Source of the DNA: a virus
Lineage: Duplodnaviria > Caudoviricetes
Length of the DNA: 55,329 bases
Direction: 5' to 3' (one strand)
IMG/VR virus record: IMGVR_UViG_3300005077_000053
Location: 1-55,329 of that record
Positions 1-9,175 of the stretch are shown here, piece by piece (position 1 is the stretch's first letter; the number at the start of each line of letters is the position of its first letter). A program made the position numbers and the translations under genes. Below the pieces are notes generated by a model. That model ran no database searches. It saw only the letters and a list, made by a program, of their open reading frames with translations, and was not told the origin of the DNA.

Positions 1-318
1 GTATTTAGTAAAGTATTGAAAAATGTAAATGTTGATTTATCTGAATATGGGTTTGTTAGAGATATAAAAGGGAATTTATATAGGATTGAAAATATGCCTA
101 ATGGTATTCAAATAAAAAGTCCTGCAAATTTAAGAAATAATAATATTAAGCATTTACCGGGAATAAAATGTTATAGAATATTTGCACATGGATCTAAATT
201 AGAGAGTATTAGTAAAGATTTAAAATGTAAATATTTAAATATTAATAATACACCATTAGGTAAAAGGATAGGAAAAATTGAATTAAGTCAAGAAGACATA
301 GAGAAATATGGGGTATGA
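1..318 (+). CDS. Hypothetical protein, probably 5'-truncated by the window edge
   Basis: Frame is open from base 1 (gta ttt agt aaa gta ttg...). Stop overlaps the next ATG (ATGA). Confidence 0.6.
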   Translation, partial: VFSKVLKNVNVDLSEYGFVRDIKGNLYRIENMPNGIQIKSPANLRNNNIKHLPGIKCYRIFAHGSKLESISKDLKCKYLNINNTPLGKRIGKIELSQEDIEKYGV

Positions 319-929
319 GATTTTTAGAATATATAAGTGAGAAAAAGTATAGTGGGTATTTTAAAGTTGATGGAGAATGGGTTAAGAAGACTTTTTATAC
401 AGATGCTAATAGTGAAAATGAAGCATTAAGAAATTTTATGAAGCGATTAGCTGATTATTATGATATAAGAGTAGAAGTAATAACTAGAAAGTTTTCACAA
501 AAAGGAAATAAATGGGATCCTATAGATGGGTATGATTATAAGATATTAAAGGAAGGTAAAATAATAGATACTATATTTGATGGTTATATGAAATATAATG
601 TTATTGAAAATCCTTCTCCTGAACAATTACAAACTTTATTAAATAAAAGTAAGTATAATGTGGTAAGATTTTTAGCAAGTAAAAAATATGCCGGGATATA
701 TGCATTTATTTCAGATAGTTTAATACATAATGATATATATCAATCATTAAAGAATATTAATATAAATCCTTTAGGAAGTTTTCACGGATATATATTTGAA
801 TCTGTTAATGGGGTATTGAAAATAGATGGAGATTATTTAAATGAAAAGGATAAAAAGATGTTAGAATCTAATAAAATGTTTATGAAAATGATTAAAGGAT
901 ATGAAATAGATTGGGCGGTATATAAATGA
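315..929 (+). CDS. Hypothetical protein with MRFLEYISE leader (possible internal virion protein)
   Basis: 204-aa ORF with ATGA coupling at both ends. The N-terminus resembles the T4 capsid-targeting sequence. Confidence 0.7.
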   Translation: MRFLEYISEKKYSGYFKVDGEWVKKTFYTDANSENEALRNFMKRLADYYDIRVEVITRKFSQKGNKWDPIDGYDYKILKEGKIIDTIFDGYMKYNVIENPSPEQLQTLLNKSKYNVVRFLASKKYAGIYAFISDSLIHNDIYQSLKNININPLGSFHGYIFESVNGVLKIDGDYLNEKDKKMLESNKMFMKMIKGYEIDWAVYK

Positions 930-1291
930 GATTTTATCAATATTTAATAGAAGGAAAGATTATATGAAAAATTTATTCAGGGATATAGTTATAGAAAATC
1001 CTACTCCTTAACAATTAGTAAATTTAGCAAAAAAATCTACATATAAAGAAATTAAATATATAGTATTTAAGGATTCTAATAATATTTGGATAATAAGTGG
1101 GATATATCATATCATTCAGATATGTTAGATATATTAGAAAATAAATATAATGTAAATGTAGATAAAGCAAAATTAGGATATATAGAACTTAAAGGTCATA
1201 TTTTTATGTTTTATATAATTTTGTATTAGGGAAAAATAAAGGGTTTATAGATATGATGAAAGGATTAGAGTATAAATTTAAAACTTATTAA
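926..1291 (+). pseudogene. Broken paralog of the C-terminal domain of 315..929
   Basis: MRFYQYLIEGKII*, then in other frames VIENPTP*QLVNLAKKS, HSDMLDILE and MMKGLEYKFKTY*. These match EGKII, VIENPSPEQLQTLLNKS, HNDIYQSLK and MIKGYEIDWAVYK of the upstream ORF. Several frameshifts and stops. Confidence 0.75.
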
Positions 1292-1299
1292 GGGGGAAA

Positions 1300-2082
1300 A
1301 TGAAAAATTATTTTTATTATAATGTAACAAGAAAAGCAACGATTCAATTGATGGATATGTTAAATGATATTAAGATATTAAGGTATCATGAAGATGGGTC
1401 TGTTAGAAAATATATTAATGTACCGTTGAAATTTGCACCTAAACAAAAAGAATATATGTGGTTAAGAAATAAAAATAAGCAATTTGTTGTTCCGCAAATT
1501 GCTTTAAATTTAACTAATATAGATTATTCATCTGAAAGACAAGTTAATAAACATGAATATATTGTTAAAAGTGAAAGTCCGTCTGCTGGAGAATTAGACA
1601 AATTTTTAAACCCAGTTCCTTATGATATTACTTATGAATTAAGTATATATGCTATTAATATAGATGATATATATCAAATCGTAGAACAAATATTACCATA
1701 TTTTAGTCCTAATGCTTGGTTTACTATAAGAATTCCTCAAATAGGATCAATTCTTAATTTAAAAGTAATATATCAAGGAAGTTCTCCAGATATGCCATTA
1801 GAATTATCTGATAATATGTATAGAGTATTAAAATGGGATATGACATTTTTGGTTCAAGCATATTATTTTACTCCATTAGAACAAACAAAATTAATTAAAA
1901 GAATTTTAGAAAATATTTATTTAAATGAAGATAATTTTGATGATAGAAGTACTGATACAATTTATACAAGTGGGGCACCAGTAAGTGGAGCTCAACAAAC
2001 TTATGATACTTGGACAAATGAATTAAATCGAGAATCATCTGGGAATATTAATTATACATTAGATATATTTGAGGAAGGTTAA
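1300..2082 (+). CDS. gp15: Tail sheath stabilizer/terminator, T4 gp15-like
   Basis: Motifs VPLKFAPKQK, PVPYDITYELSIY, QIVEQILPYFSP. Located upstream of the sheath gene. Confidence 0.85.
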   Translation: MKNYFYYNVTRKATIQLMDMLNDIKILRYHEDGSVRKYINVPLKFAPKQKEYMWLRNKNKQFVVPQIALNLTNIDYSSERQVNKHEYIVKSESPSAGELDKFLNPVPYDITYELSIYAINIDDIYQIVEQILPYFSPNAWFTIRIPQIGSILNLKVIYQGSSPDMPLELSDNMYRVLKWDMTFLVQAYYFTPLEQTKLIKRILENIYLNEDNFDDRSTDTIYTSGAPVSGAQQTYDTWTNELNRESSGNINYTLDIFEEG

Positions 2083-3348
2083 ATGAAATTTTATCAATAT
2101 TTAATAGAAAGATTATTAGTTTCTGAATTTAGATTTGGGTTTGAATTAGAAGCATTATATGAAAAAAGTAAATATAAAAATGTATTATCATATATGAAAT
2201 TATATTATCCAGATTTAAAAATTGATAAAGATTCAAGTTTAACTGGTGATAGTAAACATGGAACATTTGAAATGAAATCTCCAATATTAACTCCTAATAT
2301 AAAAGAATTTGATAAATTAGAAAAATTTTTATTAAATTTACATAATAATTATATTTCTACTAATGAAACTTGTGGATTTCATATTCATATCTCTTTCCCA
2401 AATTATAATCTAGATGATGTATTATGGATATTATGTAATATTGCTATAACCCCAAAATATAGTAATACTATTAAATTTTTTGAAACATATGACTTTATAT
2501 CTGTATATTCAAATGATAGATTATTAGAAGAATTGAAAACAGCAATAAAAAATAAATATATTAAAAAAATAAAATCTACGTTTGACCACTTGAAAGGACA
2601 AAAATATAATATATTAAATCCTAGTGAACATGATACAATTGAATGGAGAGGACCTAGAAATTTTCTAGAAACAAAAAATATAAATGTTATAAAAGATTTT
2701 ATTAAAAGAATTCATGAAGTTTTAATGATTTTTAGTAAAAGCTTAGATAATAATGTTATTAATGGGTGGTTAACTAAAGAAAAACTTAAGATTGGTTCAT
2801 ATATTAATTTTAAAGATGAACCTAAAATATTTACAGAATTTGAAGATTCTATAAGAATCCGACTAAATAAAAACTTTAAATGGGTATATAAAATAAATTT
2901 TAAAAAAATATATAAGATTCATATAAGAAATGGTTATTTATATATAATGCATTCTGCTCTTGAAGGGGGAGAAATAAAAAATGGACGATTTTACTATAAT
3001 AACATTATTTCTTCTCAAATAATTGAGGGTAAATTTCTAGAAAATAATTTTAAAAAATGTAAAATATATTCAGGAATTTTTAATTTAGATACTTTTAATA
3101 ATTGTGTTTTATTAAATGGTGAATTTGATTATCCAAATATTATCAAATCTACAATAGAAGATGGTAAATTTATTAATGGAGATATTTCAATGTGTAAAAT
3201 AATTAATGGTGAGTTTGTTAAGTGTGATATAAATACTCCACTTAAAAGTATAACAAATGGAACATTCTTAAATTGTTATATAACTCGTAGATTTTATGAA
3301 AAATTAGTAATTAAAAATGGAAAAATAATTGATGAAGATAAATTTTAA
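2083..3348 (+). CDS. Putative amidoligase (COOH-NH2 ligase type 2-like) with C-terminal pentapeptide-like repeats
   Basis: FGFELE, D.SL, FEMKSP, TNETCGFHIHIS and TIEWRGP motifs. C-terminal (I/F)xNGxF repeats. MKFYQYLIE leader. Confidence 0.75.
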   Translation: MKFYQYLIERLLVSEFRFGFELEALYEKSKYKNVLSYMKLYYPDLKIDKDSSLTGDSKHGTFEMKSPILTPNIKEFDKLEKFLLNLHNNYISTNETCGFHIHISFPNYNLDDVLWILCNIAITPKYSNTIKFFETYDFISVYSNDRLLEELKTAIKNKYIKKIKSTFDHLKGQKYNILNPSEHDTIEWRGPRNFLETKNINVIKDFIKRIHEVLMIFSKSLDNNVINGWLTKEKLKIGSYINFKDEPKIFTEFEDSIRIRLNKNFKWVYKINFKKIYKIHIRNGYLYIMHSALEGGEIKNGRFYYNNIISSQIIEGKFLENNFKKCKIYSGIFNLDTFNNCVLLNGEFDYPNIIKSTIEDGKFINGDISMCKIINGEFVKCDINTPLKSITNGTFLNCYITRRFYEKLVIKNGKIIDEDKF

Positions 3349-3411
3349 AAAATATAGAATAATAGGGTATGTTAAATATAAAGGTATATGAAGTATAGAA
3401 AATCGAGTTTA

Positions 3412-3419
3412 TATAAATA
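3412..3419 (+). promoter_or_regulatory. T4-type late promoter TATAAATA upstream of the sheath gene
   Basis: Exact consensus in an intergenic gap, and gp55 is encoded in the window. Chance matches are likely in AT-rich DNA. Confidence 0.5.
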
Positions 3420-3618
3420 ATAATAGATTAAAACACATTTTAATCAAATTATATTAAACATATTTTAAAGCCTATCAAACAAATTATTTAGAAACGCATC
3501 TTAACTGAGTTATTCTAACTTAGTAATAAAATTAAAAATTTAATTTTTTATCTATTTATAGATATGAAGTGTGATTAATATATGTTTAAAAATATATTAA
3601 TAAAAAGGAGATAAATAT

Positions 3619-5692
3619 ATGGGATTTTTTTTAAGTCCGTTAGTGAATATCGAAGAAATCGATTAAATATGGTCGCATTATATAGTAATATATAATGAAA
3701 ACCCCTTTAATTGCTGGAATCCCCTTAGAGCTATTGAAACTACAACATAAAAAGAAATTTTAAGTGTGAATGTTTAAAAATTTAATAGATTGGGCAATCA
3801 GCAGCGAAGCTTCTAAATTTTATAAATATGAAGAACGTTCAACGACTATTCCGTTATGGAAGTAGATTATAAGCTATTGATAATCGAAAAAAGGGGCAAC
3901 CTTCTAGGTTGAAGATATAGTCTCATCTATATAGAAATATATAGTCAATTTTATAATTGAATAGAACGTAGCGAATTCTATTAAGATAATGCTAACAACT
4001 ACCATACCAGCAGTAACAACAAATATTGGAGTTGTTATTCTTCGAAATACATATAAAGGACAAGAATTAAAAACAGATTTTTCAACTAGTGTTGATGAAT
4101 TAATTGACAAGGTTGGAAAGCCAACTAGTACTGCGCATTGTTATCAAGATATATTAACATCAGCTGCTTTCTTAAAAGTTGCAAATAAATTATATCATAC
4201 TAGAGCAATGCCAGTTTCAGCATCATTTGCTGGTACTAAAGTTCCATCTGGAGCAGATATGACATGTTTAGGATTCACTGAAAATAATGCATTAATTTTA
4301 ACTGATTTATTTAATGATGATCCTGACAATTTTGGAGATTATGCAATTTCTGGTAACTATGTAATGTGGTTAATTGCTAGTTCACGAGGCAGTTATGGTA
4401 ATAATATTCGTATTGCTATTGCTGATAAACATACACAAGATTTAATTATTCAACAAGATGCTTCAGTTACATCTTGGGAAACTTATAATACTCTTGCTGC
4501 AGTAGATGAAAGATTACAAGATGAATCAGAATTTTTAATTGTTGTAGAAATTAAAAAACAAAATACTAATTCTTGGACTCAATTAGAATACTTTAGAGTA
4601 TCATCTAATGAAAATCAATTAGACGATCAAGGAAGATCAATATTTGTTGAAACAGTTATTAACCAACAATCAGATTATCTAAGAGCTTCAATGAATGCTA
4701 CTTATTTAAATACTGAATTTAGAATGTCTACTTCTGAATGGCAAACTTTATCTGGGGGTCAAGATAACAATGGAGATACAGTAACAGATTCTATTATAGA
4801 AGATGCATTAGATCTTTATTCAAATGCTGAAGAATTAGATGTTAGCATTTTTATTGATTCTAACAAATCTGAAACAGTTAAACAATATACATTAGATATT
4901 TGCGAAACTAGAAAAGATTGTGTTGCTGTATTAGACTGTAACTATAATTTAGTTGTAGATAATAGAGGAAATGAAACAAATGATCTCATCGATTGGAGAC
5001 GTGGTTTAGGATCTTATAAAGTAGATAATATGAACGTTAATACTTCTTATGGTGCTTTATATGGTAACTGGGGTGAAGTATATGATAAATATAACCAAAA
5101 ATATCGTTGGATTCCTCTATCTGGTCATGTCGCCGCTGCTTATGCTTATACAGACGACGTAACCGATCCTTGGTATGCCCCAGCAGGATTAAATAGAGGT
5201 ATTCTAGATAATATCAGAAGATTAGCATGGAACCCAACTCTAGGTAATAGAGACCTTCTATACAAAAACGGTATTAACCCAATTGTATCTTTTGCAGGTC
5301 AAGGTAAAGTTATCTGGGGTCAAAAAACCCTATTAGATAAACCTTCAGCCTTCAATAGAATGAATGTTAGAAGATTATTTATTGTTCTAGAAAAAGCTTT
5401 ATCTACTTCTGCTAAATACTTCTTATTTGAACCTAACACAAGCTTTACCCGTTTAGCTCTAAGAAATATGATCGAACCTTACCTTCGTGAAGTTAAAGGG
5501 CGTCAAGGAATCTACGACTTCTTAGTCGTTTGTGACGAGACTAATAATACTAGTGAACGAATCGATCGAGAAGAACTATGGGTGGACATATATATTAAAC
5601 CCGTACGCGCCGCAGAATTTATTCAATTGAATATGATTGCAACAAAGACCGGAGCATCCTTCACTGAAATAGCCGAAGAACGTTCAATATAG
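3619..5692 (+). CDS. gp18: Tail sheath protein, T4 gp18-like; spliced join(3619..3663,3992..5692), 581 aa
   Basis: SD aaggag then MGFFLSPLVNIEEID|LTTTIPAVTTNIG, which restores the gp18 N-terminal SP.V...EIDLT motif. Downstream PWYAPAGLNRG, WGQKTL, NVRRLF, LFEPN. Confidence 0.93.
3664..3991 (+). mobile_element. Group I self-splicing intron (IA-like), ORF-less, 328 nt
   Basis: Exon ends in U, pairing cgau with ggucg (P1, U.G wobble). P2 has a GUAA tetraloop. P3 ccccttt/aaagggg, P4 ttgctg/cagcag, P7 gactat/atagtc with aagatatagtc S motif, P8 and P9 hairpins, terminal G at 3991. Confidence 0.92.
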
Positions 5693-5709
5693 TAATAAAA
5701 TAAAATATT

Positions 5710-5749
5710 TATCCTCTATATGCTTTTTTTGTGTATAGAGGATATTTTT
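5710..5749 (+). terminator. Intrinsic terminator after gp18
   Basis: Hairpin tatcctctatatgc / gtgtatagaggata followed by a T run. Confidence 0.75.
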
Positions 5750-5851
5750 ATGCTTTTTATTAAATATATAAATTATTTAAAATAAATAAAAAATTTTATG
5801 TAAAATATTTAAAAATAAATAAAATTTTTCGATGTATATGTAAAGCTTCGA

Positions 5852-5859
5852 TATAAATA
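5852..5859 (+). promoter_or_regulatory. Late promoter TATAAATA upstream of the endonuclease gene
   Basis: Exact consensus about 30 nt before SD and ATG 5891. Confidence 0.6.
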
Positions 5860-5890
5860 ATAATGAAATAATTTATATTGGAGATATATA

Positions 5891-7414
5891 ATGACTAAAG
5901 AAGAATTAATACAATTAAGAGAAAATAATTCAAAAACTTTTGTTGGAACATTAAAAGCACATTATCAAGAAGATCTCAAAAAAATTTTAGAGTATAATAT
6001 AAAAAATAATTTAATATATTATTCTATTTCTCAAGCTTTATATAATTATGTATATGATATAACAGAATTACCTAAATGTAAAACATGTGGTAAAGAAATA
6101 TTTTCATTTGGCGGAAATAAAAAATGGAAATATCAAGATTTTTGTTCTAATAAATGTTTATCTAATAACCCAGAAATTATGTTAAAAAAAGCAGAGTCAC
6201 ATAAAAAATTAAATAGAAGTTTTAAACAACAATTAATAGATAAAGAAAAAAATATAATAAATTCAAATCATGAAATATATAATAAATCATATTTAAAATT
6301 AAGTATTAATGATATACTAAAAGAGCAAAAATATGATTATAGAAATTTAAGATCTATAATAATAAATAAACACCCTATAATAATAAAATCATTATTTCAT
6401 TATTATAATTATGATAAATATTCTTTTAATGAAGCAATATATTTATTATTAAATGATAAATCTAGACCTAAATGTTTAATTTGTTCAAAAGATTTAAAAT
6501 ATAAAGCAGGAGGATATCCTCAATATTGTAATAAACATAAAAATCATGCTTCAAGTTCTAAACTTGAAAAAGAAATATATGAATATATTAAAAATGATTT
6601 GAAGATAAAGAATATAATTAGAAATACTAAATTAATTATATCACCTAAAGAGATTGATATATATTTATCAGATTATAAGATAGGTATAGAATTTGATGGT
6701 ATATGGTATCATTCAGAGTTAGCAGGAACAGAGAAAAAGTATCATTTAATGAAAACTGATATGTGTGAGAGTAAAGGGATACAATTATTTCATATATTTG
6801 AAAATGAGTGGATATATAAGCAAGATATAGTTAAGAGTATATTAAGGGCTAAGTTAGGTAAATTAGATAATAAGGTATATGCTAGAAAATGTATAATAAA
6901 AGAGGTTGAGACTAAGGAAAAGACTAAGTTTTTGAATAGTAATCATATACAAGGGGCATGTGGATCTAGAATAAATTTAGGGTTATATTATGAAGATGAA
7001 TTAGTATCATTGATGACATTTGGGAGTCGAAAGATAAGTGGGGTTGTTCATTTTGAGTTATTGAGGTTTTGTAATAAGTTGAATACATCTGTAGTTGGTG
7101 GAAGTTCTAGATTATTTAAGTATTTTATTAGTAATTATGAGTATGATAAGATAATTAGTTATGCAGATAGAAGGTATAGTAATGGAAATATGTATAATGT
7201 ATTAGGGTTTAAGTTGAGTCATAAGTCTGGGCCTAATTATTGGTATTTTGAGAAAGATTATATATTGAGGCATAGATCTAGGTATCAAAAGCATAAGTTA
7301 GGTGATGTATTAAGTAATTTTGATGATGGGTTGAGTGAGTTTGAGAATATGGTTAATAATGGGTGGAATCGAATATGGGATTGTGGAAATTTAGTATATG
7401 AGTATGAAAATTGA
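5891..7414 (+). CDS. Free-standing homing endonuclease-like protein (Zn-ribbon repeats, PD-(D/E)XK-like core, Hef-like C-terminus)
   Basis: PKCKTCG..FCSNKC and PKCLICS repeats, EIDIY...IGIEFDGIWYHS, NHIQG, ELLRFC, ISYADRRYS. Inserted between sheath and tube genes. Confidence 0.75.
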   Translation: MTKEELIQLRENNSKTFVGTLKAHYQEDLKKILEYNIKNNLIYYSISQALYNYVYDITELPKCKTCGKEIFSFGGNKKWKYQDFCSNKCLSNNPEIMLKKAESHKKLNRSFKQQLIDKEKNIINSNHEIYNKSYLKLSINDILKEQKYDYRNLRSIIINKHPIIIKSLFHYYNYDKYSFNEAIYLLLNDKSRPKCLICSKDLKYKAGGYPQYCNKHKNHASSSKLEKEIYEYIKNDLKIKNIIRNTKLIISPKEIDIYLSDYKIGIEFDGIWYHSELAGTEKKYHLMKTDMCESKGIQLFHIFENEWIYKQDIVKSILRAKLGKLDNKVYARKCIIKEVETKEKTKFLNSNHIQGACGSRINLGLYYEDELVSLMTFGSRKISGVVHFELLRFCNKLNTSVVGGSSRLFKYFISNYEYDKIISYADRRYSNGNMYNVLGFKLSHKSGPNYWYFEKDYILRHRSRYQKHKLGDVLSNFDDGLSEFENMVNNGWNRIWDCGNLVYEYEN

Positions 7415-7419
7415 GAAAA

Positions 7420-7427
7420 TATAAATA
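7420..7427 (+). promoter_or_regulatory. Late promoter TATAAATA upstream of the tail tube gene
   Basis: Exact consensus in the intergenic gap. Confidence 0.55.
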
Positions 7428-7442
7428 AATATAGATATATAG

Positions 7443-7536
7443 TAATAGTCACGCTTTAATATTTTAAGAATATTAAAAGGATTATTTTAATCTTAAGGGC
7501 TATAAGGTAATTTTGTTAACCTTATAGTCATTTTTT
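7443..7536 (+). promoter_or_regulatory. Structured leader element, copy 1 (GTCACGC-hairpin-AGGATT...terminator-like hairpin)
   Basis: Stems tttaatatt/aatattaaa and ggctataaggt/accttatagtc, then a T run. Same architecture as 9173-9251. Confidence 0.5.
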
Positions 7537-7556
7537 ATTTTAAGGAGGAATATAAA

Positions 7557-8111
7557 ATGGGTGCTGGAAACTTTAGAGGATCATTCCCATTAGATCAATT
7601 TATTGAAAATTTTAAGGGTGGATTAAGACAATATATGTTCTTTTTCATTCCGTCATTTCCTAACTTTGCTACAGTAGGTGGAATGAATACTAGTGAAGCT
7701 ATTTATTTAGTTAGGGCAACTAATACCCCAGAAGCTAACTTTGAGCAAGTAATTGCATCTTGGCAAGGTTATGATTATAAGGCAGCTGGTAGAAAAACTT
7801 ATAATGATTTTACTGTAACATTTAATTCAGATGTAGATGGTAAATTATTTAAGACTTTTCATAAATGGAATGATGGGATTAGAGCTGCTAAAACTGGGGT
7901 ACATAAATTACCTAATGATTATATGGTAGATCAACATTTACAATTATTACATCCAACTGATCCATCAAACGTAGTAATAGAATTTACATTAATTAAAGCT
8001 TGGCCGGCTGTTATTGGACCAATTTCTCTAGATTATGCTGGTAATGAAGTTGGAAGTTTTGATGTGACATTTACATATCAACGTTTTGACATGGAAGGGG
8101 TAACTGAATAA
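7557..8111 (+). CDS. gp19: Tail tube protein, T4 gp19-like
   Basis: AGRKTYNDFTVTF, AWPAVIGPISLDY, FDVTFTYQ motifs. Strong SD aggagg. Confidence 0.88.
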   Translation: MGAGNFRGSFPLDQFIENFKGGLRQYMFFFIPSFPNFATVGGMNTSEAIYLVRATNTPEANFEQVIASWQGYDYKAAGRKTYNDFTVTFNSDVDGKLFKTFHKWNDGIRAAKTGVHKLPNDYMVDQHLQLLHPTDPSNVVIEFTLIKAWPAVIGPISLDYAGNEVGSFDVTFTYQRFDMEGVTE

Positions 8112-8163
8112 CTTAATTATTTTAAAAAAATATTTTAAAATATGAAGAAATGTGAAAATTAAA

Positions 8164-8171
8164 TATAAATA
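8164..8171 (+). promoter_or_regulatory. Late promoter TATAAATA
   Basis: Exact consensus upstream of 8205. Confidence 0.5.
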
Positions 8172-8204
8172 TATATAAAATATGTTTAGGAGGAAGAATG
8201 AAAT

Positions 8205-8987
8205 ATGGGATTTAAGAAGTATTTAAATCAGTATGAACTCCAAGTTAAGTTACCTGGAAGTGGTGAACAGATTAAATATAGACCTATGAATTTAGGTCAA
8301 ATGAAGAATTTGTTAACACATGTTCAATCTAATAATTCTGATCATGTAGAAAATGCTATTGATTCATTAATTAGTGAGTGTATAATTAATGAAGGTTATG
8401 ATATTCATAAGATGTATTTAGAAGATCGGTATTTTATATTAGTTGAATTAAGAAAAGCTAGTAAGGGTAGTAAATATGAAGTTCAGTTAACATGTGATGC
8501 AATGAAAAAAGTTAAGAATGAAGATGGTGAAGAGGTTGAAGTTCCTTGTAATTCTCAATTTATAAATATCGTAGATTTATCTAATTTTGAAGTTAAGGTA
8601 TTATCTAATAATGTTGATAGAAATGTTAAATTAAATAAAAATATATCTATTGAGTTAAGACATAATACTAGAAAAGATCAAATTGAAATTGAAACATTAA
8701 TGAATGAAAAGAAATATAGTAATGATATGGCTAAAGCTGCAGATCAGACATTATTATTGAGTGCTGCCGGGATATCTAGTATTACTACTCCAGATGGAAA
8801 AGAGAAAGATTTATTATTAGAAGATAAGTTATTATTGATTAATAGTTTAACTGAGAGCGAATATGAGAAAATTATTAAATGGCGTGAGAAGTATTCATTT
8901 GGTTTAGAGTTTAAGATGAAGATTAAGTGTCCACATTGTGGTAATGAAAAAGAACGTGTATTTGGGTTAGCTGATTTTTTCGGATAA
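8205..8987 (+). CDS. Baseplate hub/tail assembly chaperone, T4 gp26-like
   Basis: LPGSGEQIKYRP, LRKASKG, C-terminal CPHCG and DFF end. Lies between tube and tape measure genes. Confidence 0.8.
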   Translation: MGFKKYLNQYELQVKLPGSGEQIKYRPMNLGQMKNLLTHVQSNNSDHVENAIDSLISECIINEGYDIHKMYLEDRYFILVELRKASKGSKYEVQLTCDAMKKVKNEDGEEVEVPCNSQFINIVDLSNFEVKVLSNNVDRNVKLNKNISIELRHNTRKDQIEIETLMNEKKYSNDMAKAADQTLLLSAAGISSITTPDGKEKDLLLEDKLLLINSLTESEYEKIIKWREKYSFGLEFKMKIKCPHCGNEKERVFGLADFFG

Positions 8988-9175
8988 TTTTAAAAATATT
9001 AACTAATGAATATTCATTAGTATCGATAATTGAAGATCAGCATTATTTAGCTAAGAAAGGAAATATAGATATTTTGACATCTAATATGTTACCATTATTT
9101 GAAGTGGATGCTCATTTGAGTATGATAATAAGAGATTTAAAAGAGGAAGCAAAACATACTTCCAAATTTAAATAA
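8975..9175 (+). CDS. gp51-like extension reached by -1 frameshift at T TTT TTC (8975-8981)
   Basis: The -1 frame is open only from 8975 (TGA at 8972) to TAA 9173-75: FFRIILKILTNEYSLVSIIEDQHYLAKKGNIDILTSNMLPLFEVDAHLSMIIRDLKEEAKHTSKFK. No ATG until 9086. Confidence 0.75.
   Translation, partial: FFRIILKILTNEYSLVSIIEDQHYLAKKGNIDILTSNMLPLFEVDAHLSMIIRDLKEEAKHTSKFK

Noticed and set aside
3989-3991. ATG 3989 as the sheath start
   Set aside because: No SD, it omits the conserved N-terminal motif, and its G is the intron's terminal G.
3904-4110. Minus-strand 68-aa ORF as an intron-encoded protein
   Set aside because: Antisense to the intron and gp18, crosses the splice site, and has no nuclease motif.
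5750-5830. Imperfect AT direct repeats as an origin or CRISPR-like array
   Set aside because: Only two low-complexity copies and no spacer periodicity. No CRISPR array or cas gene was seen in the window.
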